The notes under the pieces are model-generated. The model did no database searches. It saw nothing but the letters and a program-made list of their open reading frames with translations, and was not told the DNA's origin. A stretch of DNA of 64,000 nucleotides from NCBI GenBank assembly GCA_030390025.1, contig CM059432.1:29142001-29206000 (forward strand), given 5' to 3'. A program made the position numbers and the translations under genes. How positions within the stretch are numbered: position 1 is the first letter of the stretch; each line of letters begins with the position of its first letter. The DNA is from Squalus acanthias (taxonomy: Eukaryota). Shown piece by piece: positions 12,396-20,012 of this stretch.

Positions 12396-14747
12396 TCACA
12401 CGGTGCTTTCATCGTGCACGCGCACGTAACGTTCTCGCCACTCTCCCGTGTTTTCATGCTTGGTGAGGCGCTTGTCTCTTTTACAATGTACGACCAATAG
12501 GTACACTACAATGAAAACTTGGCATACGACTAAAATGTGGGAGGCTATTCTGATCCATGAAGGCACTTCAATATTAGTGAACAGATTCCACCACGGTGGA
12601 ACTACTATATCCAGAATGTCTGTTCCTATTTCGACAGTTTTCTGCTCTAATGTGTAAAAGTGTTTCTGTGACACCGCGACGGCTTTTAAAAGCTTGGTGA
12701 GGTGTTCAGGGAGAGGGGGAATGAGGTATCCAAAATGCGCGACGAATCGCTGCAAGTCGGTGAAATTCTCTTTTACCGTGAGATGAACAGTGGATGGTTC
12801 AGGGATTGGGATAATTCGCTGTTGTGCTACTTGAACTTCCGCCCTGGGTTTAAAACAGAAACTGCTGTCACTCACCGGACACCGGCTACGGTTTCCATGC
12901 TGGTAGTGTTGCGCTGCAGTGGTAACACAATATGTTCCACCCCCGATGTATGCTACCTGCGGAGGCACATGATCTTGTGCCATTGCCTCCATGGTGCAAT
13001 TCATGGACTTGGCGCCAGCCGTTCTGAACCCGCACTGTGGTGTTAAAAAGGCATTCAAGTGCTGGGGGCACAGTATTATGTGTGCTCCCCTGCCACGACA
13101 ACCAGAGAGATCTGTACCTGTCATCGTTTGCTCCCAGCGGATGACGTAAGGTGGAACCGCTGCATAACGAATGTGGGCTCCCCCCTGAATGACACCAATG
13201 TTCTCTACCCGATATACCGGGGCGGGCTTTGCTGTGTCGCCCAAAACCGGCATGCGTAAAACTATACCCATAATGGTATGGTTTGATCGTCCGCAGTCCA
13301 CGGGGACTGGGTATGCTTCTGAAGCTAGCCTGAGCTGGCACGGGCTCAATGCGTTCTGAAAAGGGTGGAGCGCCCGTAGGTGTTTGTTACTTATCCAGGA
13401 CGGAACCAAACCTTGTTTTAAATCCTCCAAATTACTGCGGCCCTCGCCCAGTAACCACGCCCCGTAAAGCACGCACACCTCGTTCTGCGCAGCTTGATCG
13501 GATGCATTCCGATCTTCCCTAATCAGGGCATTTACCGTCTTTGCATGTTTCTCCAACTCTGCTATAATTTCCTTTAAATGGAGGGTCATGGCTTGGTCCT
13601 CGTGTAGACCTGACCCTACCACTTTATTCTCATCTGTTAGAATGTCTTTTAATTGCGTTTTTAGACCATTAATCTGGGTCTGCAGCTCCACACTGTCTAG
13701 AGCGTTGACCACGGATGTACCCGTGTTAAAAGCAGTGAACGCATCGTTCACCAAACCCCTTCTTTGCCTCCCTACTTGATCCAAAACTTCCTGTGGTGCG
13801 GTGTACAAACTTGTTTTATCAATTTCCGCGAAATCGAATTCGTAAAATTGCCTGAACATCTTGGTCAACAGGACCTGGTACAACTGTTCCGTCTTTTTGG
13901 GGCACCACTCTGGTAACCGCACCTCAGTGAGATTTAAAATCACCGAGGCCACCGCGTAATGTACCCCCTGAAATAGTATCTGGTCTGTGGGGACCAGTAC
14001 CAAACCATTCCCGGGTCCCTTACTAGTTTTAGGGCACCCTTCTTCCTCAGCTAGAACCACCGGAATCGTGGGCGGGGCTTTGCGTGGGCGCGTAATGAGC
14101 TCAGTGGCATTTACTGGGATCGGGGAGAATGGGGCTCCGCACCCCCTGGTGCTCGCATCCCACCTCATTCCCTGTCCGTTATCCTGCCATTGATTGATAA
14201 AAAATATGGAGATGCCTTTGGGGCAAACGTACTTTGACCCCCACATACATACATAAATTCCCTCATCCGGTTCCCACCATTTGTCCCAACAGACTTTCAC
14301 TTGTCCGTCTGTCCCCGTAATTGTCCGATGGGTATTATTACCCAGTCGTTCCCACTCGACCGAAGAGTTTCTCATAGTTTTGCTCAGCTTTCGCAGCCAC
14401 CACCATCGGCTCAATGGGACCTTCCCACTACAAGTCAAACAAATCCGTTTGCCGACGGTGACGCTGATCCTGGGTGCGATGATCCTTACTTTGGGGCACA
14501 GTAAAGAAGTCTCTTGGTAGGCAAACCCCGACGTGCTGGAATACTCCGTTGAGTTCGTTCCCAGCCATCCTGGCCACCTTCCCTTGTGGAAATAGGTGCT
14601 GGTCTCCTCTGCCTCCCGTCTTCCGGTCCCATCCACCGCGATGGGGGCCGTGTCCCCGGAACATCCAAACACCACGACATCCTTGGTGCGGCCTCGATAG
14701 GCCAATCCACATCCGATTGCCACGAGCAATACTAGAATTCGTTCCAT
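12396..14747 (-). CDS. env: Envelope glycoprotein, class I fusion protein of F-like type, 783 aa from MERILVLL
   Basis: Signal peptide MERILVLLVAIGCGLA; furin site RQRR/GLV (13758-13769); heptad region; Cys-rich segment; TM ILVVCQVFIVVYLLVV; many N-x-S/T sites; ORF uninterrupted. Confidence 0.88.
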   Translation of the reverse strand: MERILVLLVAIGCGLAYRGRTKDVVVFGCSGDTAPIAVDGTGRREAEETSTYFHKGRWPGWLGTNSTEYSSTSGFAYQETSLLCPKVRIIAPRISVTVGKRICLTCSGKVPLSRWWWLRKLSKTMRNSSVEWERLGNNTHRTITGTDGQVKVCWDKWWEPDEGIYVCMWGSKYVCPKGISIFFINQWQDNGQGMRWDASTRGCGAPFSPIPVNATELITRPRKAPPTIPVVLAEEEGCPKTSKGPGNGLVLVPTDQILFQGVHYAVASVILNLTEVRLPEWCPKKTEQLYQVLLTKMFRQFYEFDFAEIDKTSLYTAPQEVLDQVGRQRRGLVNDAFTAFNTGTSVVNALDSVELQTQINGLKTQLKDILTDENKVVGSGLHEDQAMTLHLKEIIAELEKHAKTVNALIREDRNASDQAAQNEVCVLYGAWLLGEGRSNLEDLKQGLVPSWISNKHLRALHPFQNALSPCQLRLASEAYPVPVDCGRSNHTIMGIVLRMPVLGDTAKPAPVYRVENIGVIQGGAHIRYAAVPPYVIRWEQTMTGTDLSGCRGRGAHIILCPQHLNAFLTPQCGFRTAGAKSMNCTMEAMAQDHVPPQVAYIGGGTYCVTTAAQHYQHGNRSRCPVSDSSFCFKPRAEVQVAQQRIIPIPEPSTVHLTVKENFTDLQRFVAHFGYLIPPLPEHLTKLLKAVAVSQKHFYTLEQKTVEIGTDILDIVVPPWWNLFTNIEVPSWIRIASHILVVCQVFIVVYLLVVHCKRDKRLTKHENTGEWRERYVRVHDESTV

Positions 14748-14760
14748 CCTTCCTTGGTTC

Positions 14761-14780
14761 CTGTGATCAGATAAAATGAG
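14761..14780 (-). promoter_or_regulatory. Candidate env splice acceptor
   Basis: Minus strand CTCATTTTATCTGATCACAG|G, 13 nt upstream of the env ATG. Confidence 0.6.
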
Positions 14781-14924
14781 GTAGCCAGCCTCGCAAGAGT
14801 CTCTGGCTTTTGTGAAGGGTGAGCGGGTCCCCTGACCTCGCCTCACGTAAACTTCAACGTTCGCTGAATAAACTTCAACTAAACCTATCTTTAAAGCTCC
14901 CATCATTTTATCGCTTTCTGTTAA

Positions 14925-14995
14925 AACACTTAAAACTTAACCTTGAACTATAAACTTAAAACTTAACCTTGAACTATAAACTTAAAACTTACAAC
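14925..14995. repeat. Short AT-rich tandem repeat (about 26-nt unit) between ORF-X and env
   Basis: AAACTTAAAACTTAACCTTGAACTAT repeated about 2.5 times. Confidence 0.75.
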
Positions 14996-15035
14996 TTCTT
15001 ACTATACAGTGCCGCCCGTTCTCAGGGCGGCCCCT

Positions 15036-16145
15036 TTAAATTCTGAGAAGGCTGCTGCGAGCTCTTCCCGACGGTGGGAGGGCACTGACCCTTCCCTCTG
15101 ATCTGCCGCAGCCTGTTACTGCTGCGATGTGGCCGGTCTGTACCCGGGTTATCTTAACCTGAATTTTACGCCTTGGGGCAGTCTGGGGACATGACCACAT
15201 CCTCCTGGGCTGGGGTTCTCTACTTGACCTACGGGGAGTTGCTATGGGCGGGGGTTCCGTGACGGACGGACCGGGTTCCGAGACTTCCATCGGGATGACC
15301 TGGGGTTCCATCACAGTCGCCGGCTCCGCCTCCGCTGACTCCGCCTCCCTAACCTCGGGGCTGGCAGTTCGTGGCTCCGCCCTGCTCGGCCCAGCAGGCG
15401 GGCCTTCACTCGTGATCTCTGCCTCCCCTGAGGACTGGACGTTCAAAGCGGGCGGCCACATCTCTGGGAGCCACACCGGTACTCTCTGTGCTCCTATAGC
15501 GGCTGGCCCTGCCTCCTCTAGCTCCTCCCTCCTGTCCTCGGGACCTGCAGCTTGTGTGTCCACCCTGTGTGGATCTCTACCTACAGCCCCCATTCCCTCC
15601 AGACCGTTCCTCAGGAACCACCCGTCATCATCACTATGCTCATCTGCACTATCCTCATCTGACCAGGGTACCCTGAGTTCTTCCTCATCTAACCCCCAAT
15701 TCCAGAAAAACGCTGCATGATCGTCCGGGATGTCCCTTCCCCTGATGCAAGCTGCTATGCCTGCCTGTGTGCCTTGTGGTCCTACCTGGGGCTGTGCTTT
15801 CCCATTGGCGGGATTTACCCCTGTAGTTTTCCCCTGCGCACCTGGCTGGTACAGTTTGCATTGGTTTACATCCTCATACTCCCGGCTTTTGGCTACCCTG
15901 TAGGCTGCTTTTATCTCTCTAAGCTGCTCTTCTAGCCTGAGCACGTCTAACTTTCCCATTGATCGGGCGTTCTCCTCCCGCAGGGCCTGCTCTCTAAGCT
16001 GCCCTTCCAGCCCATCTATTTTCCCTATTAAGCGGGCGTTCTCCTCCCGCAAGGCCTGCTCTTTTAACCTGGCCTCCTCACCGCAGACCCCCTCCTGTGC
16101 GTGTCTTTTAAAAGGACACAGGTAGGCAGGCTGCGTGGGCTCTAG
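15036..16145 (-). CDS. ORF-X: unknown protein (coiled-coil, acidic, then Pro/Glu-rich), 369 codons, in frame with gag
   Basis: Open from the codon after the gag TGA (LEPTQPAYLCPF...) to TAA at 15036-15038; no protease, RT, RNase H or integrase motifs seen. Confidence 0.7.
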   Translation of the reverse strand, partial: LEPTQPAYLCPFKRHAQEGVCGEEARLKEQALREENARLIGKIDGLEGQLREQALREENARSMGKLDVLRLEEQLREIKAAYRVAKSREYEDVNQCKLYQPGAQGKTTGVNPANGKAQPQVGPQGTQAGIAACIRGRDIPDDHAAFFWNWGLDEEELRVPWSDEDSADEHSDDDGWFLRNGLEGMGAVGRDPHRVDTQAAGPEDRREELEEAGPAAIGAQRVPVWLPEMWPPALNVQSSGEAEITSEGPPAGPSRAEPRTASPEVREAESAEAEPATVMEPQVIPMEVSEPGPSVTEPPPIATPRRSSREPQPRRMWSCPQTAPRRKIQVKITRVQTGHIAAVTGCGRSEGRVSALPPSGRARSSLLRI

Positions 16146-17957
16146 TCATTGGGTACTATTAGACGGTCCTGCGGCACCTACGGGGCCGGTTGCGACCGCC
16201 ACCTGTCCACGCGCATTCAAGACCAGCTTGCGCATGGCTCCTAACACTGCTTCGAGGTCGTCGGGAGGGGTGGGTGCCTTGGCTTCCTTAGCCGGGACAG
16301 GCGCCTGGGCTCGGACCGCGGGATTTTTATCCTTGGAATCCTTCCAAGGGTTCCTGCAATGCTTGCGCCAGTGCCCTGTCTTCCCACACCCGTAACAAGC
16401 ATTACTTGCCTGTGGGGCGCGATTACCCTCCTGATGCCACTCTCTTTGATACGGGGCTGCGGGTCGTACCTCATGTACTCTTCCCTTAAGGGGACGTGTT
16501 GCCATACCCCTTATATTGCGATAACCTAACGTGAGTCGATTCAAGACCGACTCTTCCGTAATGTTGGGGTCATTGGGATCAAACCATGCTTTTGCCTGCT
16601 CTCTAACGGCTGGTAAACTGTTGGCTATTATGCACCTAAGCCAATGAGTTAAAGTTAAACCTTCCACATCTTCGCGCTCGGGCGCACCTAGACAGCTGCG
16701 CTCATATACTGGCCACAGCCTGTCGGCAAAAACCTTCGGGGGTTCTCCCTCCATCTGCACTGTCTGTCCCACTCTAGCAAACGGACCTTCATCGTTCGCC
16801 CCCAACACTTCCAGGACCTCGTTCTTTAATTCCTCATAACTCTTGGTTCCCCTCTTGCTCTCGCCTGAGAGACACTGAAGGACCGAGCTGTCTAATGAGA
16901 ACAGCAGCATTTTTGCTGTCTCCCCATCATCGCAGCCGTTAATGGCTGCGGCTTGCTCAACTTCTCTGAAATGTACGGAAGGGTCGTCTATCTCGGTCAG
17001 CTTCCGTACGTGATTTATCATAGCTCTCAGCTGATGTGAACTGTGAGGCAACACCAGCTGTCCGAGGAGATCCCCCGGTTCTTCCCCACCGTTTCTGCTT
17101 GGGCCCCTTTTAATACCCGTTACTGGATACAACGATCCCTTTTCTACTTCCTTTTCAATGGGCTCTTTTGTTTCTTCCATTGCTTCCTCCCTAACCCAGG
17201 TTTCTGAATAGCTGGGTGGCGCGGAGGGCGCAGTGGCTACTACTTCTTCTGCTTTACTTGGTGGGGATTTTCTAAATCTCTCATTTACTAGCGGCTGGTG
17301 CGCCGACGGATTGATAAGGCACACCATGCCGTTCGCATTGTTCACGGCCTTTTTGAGGTGCTCTATCTCCCTTTGGCAGGCGCTATGATCGGCTCCCTGA
17401 AACTTATCCTCAAGGGCCAACTTATATGCCGCCCTAACCCCCATCAAGCTTTCTTCTTGAGTTCTTATCTGGGCAGCTTGGCGGTTACATCTTTCCTTTA
17501 ACCTGCTCTCATTCAATTTTGCCTCAGTGACCTGGCACTCGAGATAATCTATCCTTGTTTTAAGGTGACTGGAGACTTCCTGGCTTTCTTGGTGTAACTC
17601 ATTTAAATTCTTAATGAGCACCTCCCCTCCAGAAACCTTCTCCTCCATTTCTCCCTCTAAATGACTGATTCGAGCTACTAGCGCTGTAATGGTCTGGTTG
17701 GAAATCTGAACCTGCCTTTTGTAACACATAAGCCAGACTGCTTTCTCCAGTGTCTTCCTATGTTCTTTACTTTCTGTCCACCTTTCAGCTGCCTCCAATG
17801 GGCTCTTATCCGCTAACAATTCACTTATCCATTTCTTAGTTAGATTAACCTTTCCAAACACATAATCCGCTATCTTTTCCTGCATAACATTTCGTACAGT
17901 CATTCCAAAATCTAACACACTACCCTCTCGCTGCCAGTGTCCTGCCGCGGTCGCCAT
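16146..17957 (-). CDS. gag: Gag polyprotein, 603 aa from MATAAGHW
   Basis: N-terminal coiled-coil; PSAPPSY late motifs (17208-17228); capsid-like middle region; zinc knuckle CYGCGKTGHWRKHC (16356-16397); ATG in strong context AAAATGG. Confidence 0.9.
   Translation of the reverse strand: MATAAGHWQREGSVLDFGMTVRNVMQEKIADYVFGKVNLTKKWISELLADKSPLEAAERWTESKEHRKTLEKAVWLMCYKRQVQISNQTITALVARISHLEGEMEEKVSGGEVLIKNLNELHQESQEVSSHLKTRIDYLECQVTEAKLNESRLKERCNRQAAQIRTQEESLMGVRAAYKLALEDKFQGADHSACQREIEHLKKAVNNANGMVCLINPSAHQPLVNERFRKSPPSKAEEVVATAPSAPPSYSETWVREEAMEETKEPIEKEVEKGSLYPVTGIKRGPSRNGGEEPGDLLGQLVLPHSSHQLRAMINHVRKLTEIDDPSVHFREVEQAAAINGCDDGETAKMLLFSLDSSVLQCLSGESKRGTKSYEELKNEVLEVLGANDEGPFARVGQTVQMEGEPPKVFADRLWPVYERSCLGAPEREDVEGLTLTHWLRCIIANSLPAVREQAKAWFDPNDPNITEESVLNRLTLGYRNIRGMATRPLKGRVHEVRPAAPYQREWHQEGNRAPQASNACYGCGKTGHWRKHCRNPWKDSKDKNPAVRAQAPVPAKEAKAPTPPDDLEAVLGAMRKLVLNARGQVAVATGPVGAAGPSNSTQ
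17939..17956 (-). promoter_or_regulatory. Primer-binding site, tRNA-Arg(TCG)
   Basis: TGGCGACCGCGGCAGGAC, 5 nt after the 5' LTR; complementary to the vertebrate tRNA-Arg(TCG) 3' end GTCCTGCCGCGGTCG-CCA (recalled from the human sequence). Confidence 0.88.
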
Positions 17958-17961
17958 TTTC

Positions 17962-19684
17962 TGTAAGGGATTCCTGACCCTGCGTGTCTCGTGGCCTGTG
18001 AGATTCACGCGGCTCTGTGCAGCCTGTATGTCAGTGCGGGTCTAGGCCTTGCTGCCTGTTCTGGTCTCCAGCCAGTCTGGGAACACTAGACACACCTGTG
18101 AGTGGTTCGAATCACTCTCCCTTACGGTTCTAGACACTGGACTTAGATGCAAGAGCAGTAATGGAGATAAAACTCATGTAGACTTGGTTTGAATGGTACG
18201 AAATGGAAAATCTTTATTGCATGATACTTAAAATTATGAAATACATGTCATAAGCACAGATTAATGACAGTACAATCTTACAAACAGTTATGTAGTCGAT
18301 CTTAGGGAAACGAGGAACGAACGGCACAAAGTAAATAGGGGCACACATTACAAATATCCTGAATCCTTAAACCCTCCCCTATCAATATCTATCCTAAACT
18401 AGATTCGTAGGATCTCGAGACTCATGCTCACCACTCGTGATAACTCGGAGAAATTCCGAATAGCTGATCGGATGTTTTTCACCGCAGCACCCACGTGTCG
18501 GTCAGGAGATCTCCTGGTCCCACTTGTTTACTTGCTTCTGCTGCTCCGGCTAGCAGGCTGGACCGTCTGCTGTGATGAAGACCTGTGTTGGTTGGCTTAA
18601 CAGGTACTCTTCGAACACAGTTGTCAATATCGTCGATACGATATGTTTTCACGTTCCAGTTACTTTGGGCACAGTCCAGTTATCATCGATGCAATATGTT
18701 TCGTTGCAAGTTCAAAAGAGAAATCTTCCTGGCGAGGAAAACTTGGCTAATCGACCTACAGGCGCGGTCGGGATTTACTGACCGTGGCGATGGATATGGT
18801 CTTCCTCTCTTCTCATCTCATCTCATCTCATCTCATCTCATCTCGGGCCTTCGGTTCCGCTGCCAGTTACCAACATAGGTCTTCGTTACGCGACACGAGG
18901 TAGATCCGAACGGATCAGAAAATGCAACAGTCTTTTCAGAAGAGGCAACAGGCAAGCAGAAGCCCAACTACGAGTACACAGGAGCAGCCACGAGGTTACG
19001 AATCGACCGGATAAAAGCACAGGAGCCAGCGAGCAAGAGCAAGAGCGAGAGAGTGAATGGGCGGTTTGGAGCCTGCAATTATAGTGCAAAATCTTCCGTT
19101 TCCCGCCCAACTATAATGTCCATTCTTTTGTTTAGGGTTTGGCGCCCAAATGTCTTGTATGGGTGATCTCCGTTCTTAATGGGTTTCGGGGCTAATCGTA
19201 AATGTCTGAGTACCTGTTAATATTTCTCCCATTGTTAAATCGGTCGGTGTTCTCCCTGGAGGGGTTTGGGGCTTCCAAGTGTCCTGTATAACTACCTGCT
19301 AACGGCTCTCTCATCGTAGAGTCGTTGGGATTTTACATATTAATGTCTTTTGGATGGGCCCTTGATTACTCGGTACAAAGGCTTTCCTTTGTACCTGGGA
19401 GACCGATTCCAGTATCTATGTTTATACTGCAAACCCATAATGTCTCGTGTATTATCTTCACTGTGCTGAATCTTAATCGATCTTGCACAAATGTTTATTG
19501 GAACGCCATCTTGTCTGCCTGTTGAAGAGTCTAGAATGTTCTGTCACGAGGTGCGGCGGCCATTTTACAGGCTGCTTGTGTCCACTTTAAACCTGCCAGC
19601 ATTCTGCTGAAAATAAAAGCTGTTTGAACGAAACTCTGTGTTTTCTCCTTATTAACAAAATCGCGATATATTGCGAATTCTACA
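17962..19684 (-). repeat. 5' LTR of the provirus
   Basis: Direct repeat of 10223-11945; candidate minus-strand promoter GGGCGG, CGGAAG, TATAAT at about 19078-19108. Confidence 0.97.
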
Positions 19685-19739
19685 ATATTAATAGTCTCGA
19701 GTCCATCACACATACAAAACATATATTTTTATTCTTACA

Positions 19740-20012
19740 CCATGTCCCATTCACCCATTACCCCTGTGCTCACTATCCAACATTGTCTCCCGATCTCCAA
19801 ACGCCTTTATTTTAACATTCTCATCTTTGTTTTCAAATTCCTCCATGGCCTCACCCTTCCCTATCTCTGTAACCTCCTCCAGCCCTACAATTCTCCAAGA
19901 ACTCTGCATTTATCTAACTGCTCTCTTGTCAATCCCCCACTTCCTTCATCCTACCATTGGCGGCCGTGCCTTAAGCTGTCTAGGCCCTAAGCTCTGGAAT
20001 TCCCTCCCTAAG
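19740..20012 (+). mobile_element. L2 LINE 3' fragment (continues from about 9490-9585)
   Basis: HITPVL/FKIL/GGRA.S..GPKLWNSLP-like translation; similar L2 ends at about 42060-42350 and 56455-56790. Confidence 0.75.

Larger units (their letters stand above)
10223..19684 (-). mobile_element. Endogenous retrovirus-like LTR element, pol-less (gag, ORF-X, env); lokiretrovirus-like or env-bearing Ty3/Gypsy-like
   Basis: Two 1723-bp direct LTRs with TG...CA ends; 4-bp TSD ATAT (10219-10222, 19685-19688); PBS, PPT, gag with CCHC knuckle, env with furin site and TM. Confidence 0.95.
9586..19739 (-). mobile_element. Solo LTR (about 688 bp: 9586-10222 plus 19689-19739), split by the provirus and inserted in an L2 fragment
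   Basis: TGTAA...TTACA ends; TSD CCAT at 9582-9585 and 19740-19743; flanks rejoin into L2-like sequence; minus-strand TATAAAAA near 9913-9920 and AATAAA near 9657-9662. Confidence 0.8.

Noticed and set aside
14748..14906. 53-aa N-terminal extension of env
   Set aside because: It lies upstream of the candidate splice acceptor and ahead of the signal peptide
16106..16112. TTTAAAA as a -1 frameshift site after gag
   Set aside because: Not in the X XXY YYZ phase of the gag frame, and no pol ORF exists in another frame
17958..18008. 17-codon N-terminal extension of gag in the ORF track
   Set aside because: It begins at a GTG inside the LTR; the ATG at 17957 has a strong context
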